Shown in pieces: positions 47,064-62,274 of a stretch of DNA of 64,000 nt. The number at the start of each line of letters is the position of its first letter. Position 1 is the stretch's first letter. Where the stretch lies: positions 62,001 to 126,000 of the forward strand of contig JAVKOQ020000076.1 in assembly GCA_031835245.2 (NCBI GenBank), given 5' to 3'. Below the pieces are notes generated by a model, which ran no database searches, was not told where the DNA came from, and saw nothing but the letters and a program-made list of their open reading frames with translations. A program made the translations under genes and the position numbers. The stretch is from Balamuthia mandrillaris (lineage: Eukaryota).

Positions 47064-47698
47064 CCCTCTATAATGATGTAATGCTCTTTGTTGTTCGGTT
47101 TCAAAACAATATTAGCTATACAAAGAAGTGCAAGAGGTGGTTCATGGAGATGTTCCAACCATGGACGAGATACAACAGCTCACCTACGCCAAGAACGTCT
47201 TCACAGAGACGCTCCGCCTCTACCCCTCCGTGCCCTTCGACGGCAGAACAGCTGTAGAGGATGACGTTCTCCCCAATGGCGTGAAGATATTTGCTGGAGA
47301 TGAGGTCGTCTATGGACCGTTTAGCACTGGAAGATTGGCGTACGAGGATGAGGCCAAGTTCGATCCGGATCGTTGGTTGGAGGAGAAGGCGCAGGGTTAT
47401 CACAAGGCCCTGTTCTCCGCCTTCCATCTTGGTCCTCAGGTATGTTTTTTTAATTGTTTCGTTTTTTTGCATTCTCCCTTGTTCTTGCAGCCGAGGTGAT
47501 CAACATGAAACACAACAGACCTGTCTGGGCAAGGAAATGGCTTACACGGAGGCAGTACAAACATTGAGTGCCATCGTCAAACAATATCAGCTGCGGTTGG
47601 TTCCTGGGGAGGAGACCAAGACCTTCACCTCCTCCATCATCCTCACCCCAGCCAACGGCATGCTGATGACCGTCCAGCAGCGTTGCTCGCAAAAATAG
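45006..47698 (+). CDS. Cytochrome P450 (AGRDTT-type I helix as in CYP704/86/94-like enzymes), multi-exon
   Basis: TM anchor + PGPAPLPLFGN, LLAGRDTT, ETLRLYP, DPDRW, heme motif FHLGPQ|TCLG. Confidence 0.93.
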
Positions 47699-48082
47699 GT
47701 TGGCGCTCGCTGCTATCTCTCCTTTCCGCTTGGACTCAGTTCTTGAAGCACACACACGAAAACGCAGGGCAATAAATAAATAAATAAATAAAAAAAACAA
47801 AAACAAAATAAAGCCAACAAGGAGGAGAACAAACAGTAACAGCAGGTTCATAAACAAAGTGGAAGGCACAGAGAGAAGTGTTTCAAAACCTCCCGGAGGA
47901 GGAGCGTTACTCCCTTTCGAAAGAGAATCCCATATAGGGAGAAGGTTTTATCGCATACCAAATTATTGCACATAAGTGTAAATAAATATTCGATTAATCG
48001 AAAAAATTGTATTTATCGACAAATTTATTCATGACGACACGAAAAATATTCATGACGTCATGGAAAGTTCAGCAAAAAAAAA

Positions 48083-51447
<3,365 letters not shown>

Positions 51448-51650
51448 ATGCAGAGAGAGAGAGAGAAAAAGCAAGTAAAGTTTTTTTTATTTATTTTTAT
51501 TTATTTTTATTTTTTTATTTTTATTTATATATGTGCACAAAAGGAACAGGAATGGATGTCATTTTGTGCTGGAAATCATCCTTCTATGGTAAATGTGTGC
51601 CCCTTCGATAAAGAAACTTTAAACAACGCAACGCTGCGTTTACTTTTCCG

Positions 51651-53469
51651 ATGAATGAACGGCGAGAAACATCGACGCTCACCAAAGGGATCGTGGTGCG
51701 GTTGCTTGTTTTGGTTCTGTTTTTCCTGGCACGGGTTCATGCAAGTACTGTTCCACGAGTTTAACACTCGAGCAACTTGGCTCCTGTTTAGTACCGGGAC
51801 TTAACATCTTATCAGGGAATAGGCTTGGCCCATGGTTCCCACGAGAACCTTCTCCAACTGCTCACATTGAAGGTGGTTAATTCCGTTCTACTCTATCTTT
51901 TCTCTCTCTCTCTCTTTTCTCTCGCTCCTTTTCGTCGCCTTCTATCTCGCTATCTCTTGCATATCTTATTCTTTTGTGATTATCAGGTCCAGTTGCAATT
52001 ATAAACGGGGAGTACTACACGTTCGGTGGGTTTTACGATAAAGGTGTGGGAGGCAACTACTGGGCCACAAACGAGCTTCACATCTACAATATACAGAGAG
52101 ATGAATGGCGGTACGGAGCGAATGGGCCTTTGAACATCACCCACACGCAGGGAGCGACGGATGGTGTACGTTTCTTGTGGTTTGCTGGCGGGTTTGTTGG
52201 AGACCATCCTGGAGTGGCCACAGTTGAGGTTAAGTCATATGAACATTAAGCAATTCTTTGTTTTGTTTTGTTTGCTGAATGTTCCTGCATGTTCTCAATA
52301 GACTTGGCGATACGATGCATACTTTGATGAGTGGATTCGAGGTCCAGATTTGCCGCAAGTAATGGCGTACTATCATTTTCACAGGTCTCGCCGTTCTCTT
52401 TTCATTTTTTAACCATTTGCTCTTAAGCCAAGGGCGTCCAGTGCGTTGGTTTACGATCCAATAGCACAGGAACTGCATCTCATTGGGGGACTACACATCG
52501 ACCGGCAGACCAACGTTCAGAATCATATGGTACTAAGCGTATCCGATGCCCTATCATGGAGTGATGCCACAGCGTATGGACATTTTCCTTCTTGTTCTTC
52601 TGCTTCCGCGTCTTGTTCTGCCACTTGTTCTTCTTCTACTTCTCCTCTTCCACTTTTTTCTAAGAAAAGAGATATTATTTACCACAGGCAGTGGCTTATG
52701 CTTCCCAAAGGAGGTCTTCACTCCCGCAACCACTATCAGGTTTGTTCGTCTCTATCTAGGCTTGCTCTTCCATTAACAAAACGAAAGGGTGTATATCTGG
52801 AGGACAGCATCTACACTGTCGGGGGACAGTACGGACATGACATAACGATAGAGGACGTGGATGCTTTGGACCGGTTTGATCTCGAACGGAAGGTGTGGGT
52901 TCCTTTGGAGAACATGCCGGAACCTCGTTCCCACATGGAGGCCTCCATCACGTTGGTGAACGGTCACCTGATCTTTGCTGGTGGCAGAAACAACATTGCC
53001 GGAAAGGTTCCCGTTCTCTCTCGCTCTCCTTTCTCGCTCTCTCTCTCTCTCTCTCCTCACTCTCTCCTCTCTCTCTCTCCTCTCTCTCTTCTCTCTCTCT
53101 TCTCACTTGCTTAACCAATGCAAACAATAGGATCAAACGAACACAGTCTATGAATACGAACCACATTGTGGCAAGAGTTCCTGTTGGAGCTCATTACCCG
53201 ACCTTCCGTTCTATGGCGACAGTAAGTAGTCACCTCCTTCACTAGCCAATTCATCAGTTCGATAGATGGTTGTGTTTAACAATCAAAAACAAACCATAAC
53301 ACAAACAGCTATCGGTGTGGCATTCTTTCGGAACGTGACGATTCCCAGAGGAAAAGGTGTGCAAACAGGAGACTATCTCTTCGTGAACAGCGCAAGAGTG
53401 CCTCGACCAAAGAGAGGTGTTAAGCTGATAGCAGACTCATGGATGGCTCGCGTTCGTTTGTCGCCATAG
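51651..53469 (+). CDS. Secreted Kelch-repeat protein, multi-exon (paralog A)
   Basis: Signal peptide IVVRLLVLVLFFLARVHA; Kelch blades LHTFGGF, LWFAGGFVG, LHLIGG, IYTVGGQ, MPEPRSH, LIFAGGR. Confidence 0.85.
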
Positions 53470-53539
53470 CATAGGCAGTTCCTATGCTAAACTTAAGAGA
53501 AATAAACTAAAAGAGAAATCATGTATTACAATTGGTAGT

Positions 53540-53756
53540 TCAGCGCCGAAGTTTGGTTGGAATGGTCGCGTCTTCTCTGAACTTAACTCTAGTCATCCAT
53601 GAGTCAGACACCACAGACTCTGGTCGTATCTTTCGTCTAGTTCTGCCGCTGCTTAAAAAGATAAAGTCTCCGGTCAATGACTTGCCATCCCTTGTTACGG
53701 ATATATTTGAGAAGAAGACTCCAGTGGCAGCTAAAAACCATTTCACTCAGCAATGT

Positions 53757-53797
<41 letters not shown>

Positions 53798-53847
53798 CGA
53801 GGAGGGAGGGAAGAAAGAGAGAGAGAAGACTGTGAAGAGAAAGAGGA

Positions 53848-53890
<43 letters not shown>

Positions 53891-54134
53891 GATAGAGATA
53901 GAAGCAGACAAAGATACTTACAATCCATGACATACGGAAGAGGTCGTAAGGAGCTCCAGCAAGTTGAACGTTACACTGCCTGTGTTCGCTTGTTAGAACT
54001 CATTCGTTAAGTTGCTATAGTGGTTGCTAGGTACCTGGAAGTGGTTTCTTTTCGTTGGAATGGGTTGAGAAAGTATTGTCCATTCTCTTCGTATTGCGAT
54101 ACTCAACGTGAGAACAGAAACTGCTAGAGAGCTG

Positions 54135-54176
<42 letters not shown>

Positions 54177-54519
54177 AGAAGCAAACAATGTGCCCCAGGA
54201 AGCCGGTTCGGAGGCGTCAAGAACCAAATGTTCATCGAGATCGGTGAGACGGTCCACCAGAAGGCCGCCCATCAGATGAAGCCGCCTGCCCACAGGATCG
54301 AAGACCGTCGCGCTTGAGGCTCTTGCCTTTGTTTGCTCAAATGTTAGAACAGCCAAAGGCAATCACAGAGCTTGAGAAGCACAACCCGAGGAAGGTCGGG
54401 TCCCCTATGCCACTGATTTTGCAGGGCATCGTACCGCCATGACTGGGGCAAGAGCGAACGACGGAACAAGTTCGGAACCGCAAGAAGATAGGTAGAGGAG
54501 AAACGGATGTGTACAGAAG

Positions 54520-54566
<47 letters not shown>

Positions 54567-55161
54567 AGGAGCACCACGAAAAAAAAAGAGCAACGATGAG
54601 GGAAAATGAATGGAACAAACGAGAAACAGATAAAAGAGATACGAGGAAAGAGGACCTGGTTTGTAGCTACACCAGGAGAGTTCCCAACAAAGCCGCCAGC
54701 TATCCACAGATATCTCTCTCCGTCAGTGGCTCCTTGGCAATGGCTCACCACCAAAGGGCCTTCCTTTCCATCGCTCCATGTATCACTGCTAGGATCATAT
54801 ATGTACAAGCTGCTCGTGGCCTGAAAGGAGCTAAAGTTGAAACCTCCGAAAGAGTACATCCTGTTGTTGATATTAACTATCGCTCCTGTGCGTTTTAAGT
54901 GTCGTTGGAGAAGCGAACAACCAAGCAAAAGAGAGAGGACTTTGGGTCTATGGTACCTTCGATGTGTGAAGTACGAGGAGCTGTCCGAGGCCACCATGGA
55001 CCCAAGACGGTTCCTGTGAAACAGGGGGAGTTAGAATGGATGAAGAACGGAGAGAAGATACCAGATAACCCCCTTGAAAAAAAGAATCTCGTGCCTGTAT
55101 CTCCCGAAGGTAGCCCACAACAGAACAGCAGAGCAACAACCGACCAACTTATCCCTCCCAT
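53540..55161 (-). pseudogene. Kelch-repeat paralog B, internally deleted with premature stop
   Basis: HCQGATDGERYLWIAGGFVGNSPGVAT is collinear with paralog A. After the NHFQ exon the next exon reads GCA GTG TAA (stop at 53971-53973) and two blades are missing. Confidence 0.7.
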
Positions 55162-55272
55162 CTTTTGCACTCTTTAGCGAACCGTCGCAGTTGTTTAATA
55201 AAAATCAACAATTGTCGAATCATTCTTAACTCATCGATAATTATTATTTCAATCTACATTCAGTTTGTTGAG

Positions 55273-55400
55273 AGAAGAAGAAGAAGAAGAAGAAGAAGAA
55301 GAAGAAGAAGAAGAAGAAGAAGAAGAAGAAGAAGAAGAAGAAGAAGAACAAGAACAAGAAGAAGAAGAACACGAACAAGAACAAGAACAAGAACAAGAAC
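55273..55400. repeat. (GAA)n/(GAACAA)n microsatellite
   Basis: Direct reading; a similar (TCT)n tract lies at ~45425-45603. Confidence 0.95.
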
Positions 55401-55513
55401 AAGGAGCAGAAGAAGAGAAGAGAGAAGAGAGAAGAGAGAGAGGGGAGAGAGAAGAGAACAAAGAGAGAGAGAACTGCAAGCAGCGCTGGCCAATAACCCA
55501 AATAACAAGCCCC

Positions 55514-56932
55514 TCAGGCCACAGCATTGTGGTTGTTGTACAAAGAAGCTACTTCGCGGGCGTTGTTATGGTCCTCGGCTTGCGACAGCATCAACCTCTT
55601 CTTCCTGCTCTGCTGTTTGTTCCTGTGTTTCTCTTTCTCCTCCTCGTTCTCTATCTTCTTTCTCATAATGTGTCTCCGAAAGATTTGAGAGCCCCTTCTT
55701 CTCCGACGAGCCGAAGTGAGGATCTCCTTGTTCAACCTCTTCTGCTTGTTCCACTGCTTCAAACTCTTTTCTCTTCCGTTCTCATCCAACGATTGGATGG
55801 CCTCCTTTTGGGCAGGGTTCTTGTCCATCTCACTCATCATAGCTTCCCAACTTGGCGGCTTCTTTGCTTCTTCATCGTCATCATCATCAACATTCTCTTC
55901 CTCTTCCTCCTCGTCCTCTTCGAGGGAAGTTGTCGTTCTGCTGGACAGCGCCAACGGAGAGGACAAAGTCGAGGTGGAGGTGGTGCAAGACGGCAGCGAA
56001 GACAAGGACAACGGAGAAAGAACCACAGAGGCTGCCTCTTGTTCTTTGCCCGACTCATCCGACTCGTCCCCGAAGATGGAGTCCAGTATCTTGTTGACCG
56101 CCTCCTCTCCGCCGCCGAGCTTGTGGGGGTCCAACGAGCCGATCACCGAGTATCGACGAGAGGCGGCCAGGCCTTTGGTGGAGTTGAAGGGAGAGCTGGG
56201 GTTGGACTTGGAGAGGTGAGGAGCGTCCGAGTTGCTGCGGCCTCGTAAGAGGTGAGCCGCTGCCGTTTTGCCCAGAGAACGACTTCCCGGTCGTGTCTTT
56301 GGTTTTTGTGGCAGTCGTTGTTCCAACGTGGTTGTTAGTTCTTCTTCTCCTCCTTCTGTCTTTACTCCGTTTTGTCTGCTCTGCTCTTCTTCATCTTGGC
56401 TGTTGTGTTCATCTTCGTTCTCGTTCTCGTTTTCCTGCGAAGGAGTGGAAGGTGTTGGGATGCCGAGCTTGGAGAGAAGTTTCGTGCGCGGTCCCAAGGG
56501 AATGCCCAACTCTTTGAGTTCAGCCTGGCCCATCATGCGCAGCGCCGCCCAATCGATCTCCTCCCTCAGGAACAGCTCAGCGTAACGCTCCAGCTCCAGC
56601 TCGAGGAGCAGCTTTTCGACCAGCGGGTCCAACCGCCGAGAGGTCTCCTCCTGCTCGCCTTTCTCCTCCGAGTTGAGAGAGGGAAAGGAGCGAGAGGAGC
56701 CGAAGGGCGGGGAAGAAGGGGGAGCGAGAGAGGAGTCCTTGCTGGCGCGAGGCACGATGACGGAGCCCGAGCCCTTGAGGTTGCGCATGGAGAGGCTGCG
56801 TGGCTTGCCCTCCCGCTGCTGCTTCTTCTCCAGCTTCTTCTTCTTTTTCAGCTCCTTCTTCTCTTTCTTCTCCCGCTCTTTCTTCTCCTTTTTCTCCTGT
56901 TTTGTTCCTTTGCTGCTGGTGCTGGTCTTCAT
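55514..56932 (-). CDS. SAM-domain protein
   Basis: LLLELELERYAELFLREEIDWAALRMMGQAELKELGIPLGPRTKLL; the rest is mostly low complexity. Confidence 0.82.
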   Translation of the reverse strand: MKTSTSSKGTKQEKKEKKEREKKEKKELKKKKKLEKKQQREGKPRSLSMRNLKGSGSVIVPRASKDSSLAPPSSPPFGSSRSFPSLNSEEKGEQEETSRRLDPLVEKLLLELELERYAELFLREEIDWAALRMMGQAELKELGIPLGPRTKLLSKLGIPTPSTPSQENENENEDEHNSQDEEEQSRQNGVKTEGGEEELTTTLEQRLPQKPKTRPGSRSLGKTAAAHLLRGRSNSDAPHLSKSNPSSPFNSTKGLAASRRYSVIGSLDPHKLGGGEEAVNKILDSIFGDESDESGKEQEAASVVLSPLSLSSLPSCTTSTSTLSSPLALSSRTTTSLEEDEEEEEENVDDDDDEEAKKPPSWEAMMSEMDKNPAQKEAIQSLDENGREKSLKQWNKQKRLNKEILTSARRRRRGSQIFRRHIMRKKIENEEEKEKHRNKQQSRKKRLMLSQAEDHNNAREVASLYNNHNAVA

Positions 56933-57385
56933 CTTTCGCTTCTCCCTCAGAATTTCTTTTTTTTTTTAAAGAAACAACAACAAGCCCCCCCTCTTTCGAA
57001 GTTCTTTTTCTTTCTTTACATTTCATTCATTCATTACCTATAGGGGTGACCATTAAACCTCGGGGAGTTGAGATGCACTGCGTTTGCCTGAGAAAAAAAT
57101 GCTCCCATAGGAGCACAGCCTGCGGTGTAACGCACCCTCAAAATAAGGGAAAAGCACACGTCAGTTCCGTTTCTTCGTCTGTCAAAAGGGTTCAACCTAA
57201 CCGACTATGGTTTCATGCCTATTATGGCCAGGTGGTTGCTGATGTCAGCGGATGAGATCATCGCGGAATTCCCTAATTCCAGCTTGTTGCTGATGTCACC
57301 ACTTTTTTCCCGCCAAAATCGCTTCAACCGTTTTTCCTCGATTTTTTTTTTCATTTGCTTGATAAAAAATCGTATTAAAAAAAAC

Positions 57386-57424
<39 letters not shown>

Positions 57425-57475
57425 AGTTGGGAAAGACGTGAATATATCTATTGTTTGCCAGTTTCGAAAAAAAAA

Positions 57476-59886
57476 ATGGGCAAGGAAAAGGCCGCCGCCG
57501 ACTGGGACGTGGGTCAGTTGGAGAATTACCCGCGCAGGGCGCTTCAGGGATTTTGCAAACAGGTTGGCATTCGAGCTAACCAAAAGGTGCGCTCCCTGTT
57601 TGGCCTTTGCGTTTTACTGGCTCTCTTTGCGTTTGTCTTCGTTCTTCTTCCTGTGCCTTCTCCGCTCTTCGCTTCAGCCCTGTTTTCTCTAACCGTGCTT
57701 CTTTTTTTCTACAGACGGTAGACTTGATAGCTGCGTTGAGAGCTTATCATTACTCTTTTGCCTGCTCGAGCTCATCAGAGGCGGAGTCAGTGGTCGACGA
57801 GGAGTCTTCCGACCGTTCTCATTTGTCAGAGCATGAGCAAAGTGAGCTTATGGAAGAGGAGGAAGAGCAAGAGGAGGAGCACGACGAGGAGGAAGAGCCT
57901 CACAACGACCAGGGAGAAGCGGAAGCCCAAGAGGAAGAGGAAGGAGCGGTGGGAGAGGAGGAAGAGCCTCACAATGATGAGGAGGAAGAGGGAGACGTCG
58001 AGGCCGAAGCGGAAGCACAAGATGACGAGGAAGGAGAGGTAGATGCGGAGGAAGAGGAACATGAAGAGGATGAAGAAGATGCAGAAGCACTTCAACAACA
58101 AGAAACAGACCACACCGAGAAGGACGAGTCTTTGGATGCTGTTCTTCCTCGAAACCAGAACAAAGCGGAGCCCACTGGTGCTGAAGAAACCAGAAGGCAA
58201 GGTACTAACAACGACAAGATGGACGTGGAACACGGTGATAGCATACTATCGTACAGATCGACCATAATAGTGGAAGAAGAGCACAAAAAACCCAACTTGA
58301 AGCCAGACACTAACGAATCCTTATCAAAGAAGAACGAACAACCTATGTCCATAGGCGAGGTTGTAGTTCATCAAAGACGACGTTCCGCATTCCCTCATTT
58401 AGACCGTTTGGTCGGTTCTTCTTGTTCTTCTTCGTCGTCTTCTTCTTCGTTAGCGTCTATTCCAACAAACAGCAGAACAGTGGAACAGAATCGTCCACTC
58501 AAACCTGTCGATGAGCCACAACATGATAGAAACGAAGCAACGCAAACGGAAACAGAACGTGAAGAAGCTCTTCGACGAAAGTATACGGAAGAGCTGGAAG
58601 CGATGTTGGAGCAACAACGAGCTCAATACCGTTCCCAATTGCGAGAGAAGCAACAACAAGAAGACGAGAAGAAAGAAAAAGAGGCAAAGAACGAAAGAGA
58701 AAGAGAGGCGGAAGAAACCAGAACCACAGAGAATGTCAACAACACTACCAAAACTAAAACCAAAGACTGGGACAAGATTCACGCGAAACAGTTTGAGAAG
58801 ATGGACTCCATCGCGGACTACCTTCAACGCAAAGAGAAGAGCTCAGCAGCGCATTCTTCGTCTTCTTCTGCTGCCAAGCACAACACGTCTTTCACTGCCG
58901 CCAAGAGTGAAAAACATGTGTCCAGCATAAATAACAAAAAGGTCTTGAAACGGAAGGCAATGACAGAGACCGCGCCTTCTTCCTCCTCGAAAACCGAACC
59001 ACAACAACTAGACCAAAAAACACCAAATACCAAAACCGAATGCAGCACCATCCCCTCCTCTTCTCGTTTGAATCGTACCGTCTCCTCTACCCATCTTTCT
59101 CTTGGTTCAAAACACAAGAGTTGCTCTTCCACCAACACCAGTATCATTGACGCAACTCCCTCGTCTACCGCTAAGAAGCTTACTTCCTTTGCAAGCCAAC
59201 GACAGCTCCGCACGCCCGGTAATCCCACTCCAGCTGTTCATCGTCAACGTTGCAACACAGCTACCACAACGCCCTCCTCTTTATCCTCTAAACGAGCTTT
59301 GGTAGTGAGGGATCCGAGAGAGGCATTGTTGGCAAGTGCTCCAAGGACGCCATCCACAACAAGCACAACCAACAATCAAGTCACGAAGCATAAGCTAAGT
59401 TATACACCACACAAAGGACCTTTGCCCAAGTTTGAATGGAATCCATTGTCTTTGGCAGCCACTTCCTCCACTTCTTCTGCCGCTTCCTCTTCGTCTGCTT
59501 CACCACTGCAAAAGACGATGAGAAAGACAGCGACGATGATAGCAAGAGCTAGTTCTAAGAAGGATGAGATGAGGAGGAAACTGAACTCGGTGGGATCAAA
59601 GAAGAAGAAAGAGAAGAGAGAAGAAGCGGAGGATGAGAATCACAACAAGAACAAATCCAACATGGAGGAAGAAGGAAAGAACGAGTCAGAGAGGAAGCAG
59701 AGTAAGACAGGTTTGATGAGAGAGCTGAAGAATCGGATGACTCCCATCAAGCAGAAGATTGCCGGAGGGGAGAGGCGAGGTTCCAAGGAAAAAGTTTTCA
59801 AGACGAAGGACCAGAAGAGAGAGCAGTTCTTGTCCAAGCGATTGGAATCCCGCAAGGAGACCTTGAGCTCCAAGAGAGACCATTGA
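57476..59886 (+). CDS. NuSAP-like nucleolar/spindle-associated protein
   Basis: SAP-like LQGFCKQVGIRANQK|TVDLIAAL (intron 57587-57714, in frame); DWDKIHAKQFEKMDSIADYLQRK; LSYTPHKGPL. Confidence 0.72.
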
Positions 59887-60062
59887 GCCTCCGCCATTGT
59901 ATAAATAATAATGAACAATTATTACAAATAATTATTACTTTTGCACAATATTTGATAACTCTCAACTTTTGTCATAAAATTTCGAGAAAAACAAAAAAAA
60001 TATTTGTGTTGAAAAAATTCCAAGAAATTTTTTTGCTCTGTGAAACGAAAAAAAAGAGAGAA

Positions 60063-62067
60063 ATGGATGAAGATCAACGAAACCCGCTGCGCCAGCTCTT
60101 CCATTCTTCTGATGAGGAGGAAGAGCTCATGCAACGGCTTTGCGACTTTGTCCCTGCACCTCCACCAGTTGATCAAGGATACCGCACCACGAGTATTTTT
60201 GGAGGAAGTGGCAGCAACGCCGCAAGGAATAAGCGTAGAAGAATGGAGGAGGAGCAGGAGGAGGAGGAGGAGGAGGAAGCAGCTACCAGTTCGAACTCTG
60301 AGGGCAGTAGCAGCAGCCATTCGGACAAAGGAAAAGGCAAAGAGGTCATGGAAGAAGAAGAAGAAGAAGAGGGCTTGAGTAGCACGCTCGATGGCAGCCA
60401 GCTCCCGTTCGACGCCACGCTCTTTGGCCAACAGCTGCAAGCCGGCTTCGCAAAGCTGCACCTCAGCCCGTTGTTTTCGGACATGACTTTGGTGCTGGGA
60501 GAAGAACGCCTTCCTGCTCACCGCGTGGTACCATTTTTTTTCTCCCTCCCATTTCTTCTGCTCATTTCATTCTTGCTTACGTTTGTTCCTTCTTCCTTCC
60601 ATTCTTGTTTTTTTTTTGTGTTATGTCCAATGCAGGTGTTATGCGCCTGGTCGGACACCTTTCGAGCCATGCTTCAAAACGACACGTGGGAGGAAAGCAG
60701 ACAAAGCGAGTTGAGCATACAGTTGGAGGCCAAAGAACACGAAGCCTTCAAGCTAATGCTGCGGTACATGTACACAGGAGAGACCACTTTTATCAACCAA
60801 CACAACATCTTCTCTCTTCTCTCCGTGAGCAACTACTACAGCATTCGGAGCTTGAGAGTAGTGTGTGAGGACCTATTGAAACAACACGTTACCGTTACAA
60901 ACGTCCTCTCCATCATACCTGTAGCTAGTTTGTACAATTGCGATGCTCTCTTTGAGGGATGTTTGTCTTGCATGGCGAGCAGCTTTGAGGAAGTGTTCTC
61001 AACGAAGGATGCGCTTGCCCAAGTAGATGCTGATCTACTTGAAACACTTTTGCGTCGTGACGACCTAAATGGTACTCCTTTTATTTAATTTTTTACTTTC
61101 GTTTCTTCCATTGCTTACATTGCTTTTTGGTTGTCATAGTCACCAGCGAAATACAAATATACAGCACCGTTATTCGCTACATTCAAGTCATGACAGAGCC
61201 CAATGATTCTCAAATGTTGGTTCATCGTTTGCTCTCATACGTTCGCTTTGAGAATCTTCCTGTGGAGTTTTTGGTGGATGTTGTGGAAAAGGAGCCGCTT
61301 TTGCAAGGCAATACCGTCGTTCACGACCTGCTTCACTCAGCCTACCGAGCTAAAGTGTGCAACAGTGCTCAAACCGCAGCGAGGAGAAGAAGGCGAAGCA
61401 AAGGAGAAGGGTGGCAATTTCAACGCAGCATTGAAAGCGGCACTGTTTTCCGATCCAAGCAACACGTGGTGCCTTGCACAAGTGGTACCTTGCTCATTAA
61501 CCCTTCAGCTGTTCGACAACAGGTAGCTTGTGTTCTACCATTCTCCAAGACACGTCCTCGCATAGCCTTCAGGCTTGAAGCGGGCGAGAATGTAGGCGTT
61601 GGAGTGGTAAACCAGCGAACAAAGTCAAGGTAGGGTCTTTCTTTACCCGCGTTTGTTTTTGCAGCTAACAACAACTCTCCCTCTCTCTCTCTCTTACTAT
61701 GACAGTTTGGTTTATTGGTCTAAGGGTTATGTGCAAGCAAACGAAAAAAAGAACGCCGCAGAACGAACCACTGCTGCCAAGGGGTATGCCCCTGGAACCG
61801 TTCTGACCATCACATCCACTGTGGTCTCTAGCGATGTGGCCCGCATTACATTTTTAACAGAAGGCAAGATACAAGCCAGGGGCACCATTTCTACCATTGG
61901 AGGGATTTTTCCGCAGGTACGTAAGAAAAGACCATCTCCTGAATTTTTCCTAGTTAGGCGACTGGTTGTGCAGCTTTCTCACTATCTCTTTCTCTTGTTC
62001 TCTCTCGCTCTCTCTTCTGTAGGTGTGGTTGACCAATTCTGGCGATTCAGTTTCTATTTGGCAATAA
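60063..62067 (+). CDS. BTB/POZ-BACK protein with a beta-rich (possibly SPRY-like) C-terminus, multi-exon
   Basis: FSDMTLVLGEERLPAHRV|VLCAWSDTFRAML, AFKLMLRYMYTG, LLRRDDLN|VTSEIQIY, LLSYVRF. Confidence 0.9.
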
Positions 62068-62274
62068 TATGTACCTCAAAAGGGTACCTTAAGACTTATG
62101 TATGTTTGCAGTTTTATTTTCCTCCTCCTTTCTCCTCTACACAAAAAGGTGGTCATCGGTGGTTGATATAGTCTGGCCAGACTTGCCTCTATAAGGAACA
62201 ACTATCCTTATAGGGTTTAGCGGTGCATAGGAGAGCTCAGTTGAAGTTTGGGGACCTCTGGGAAGCATCGAAGA

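Noticed and set aside
55265..56248. 327-aa Glu-rich + strand ORF
   Set aside because: Made of a (GAA)n tract plus the antisense of the SAM-domain gene.
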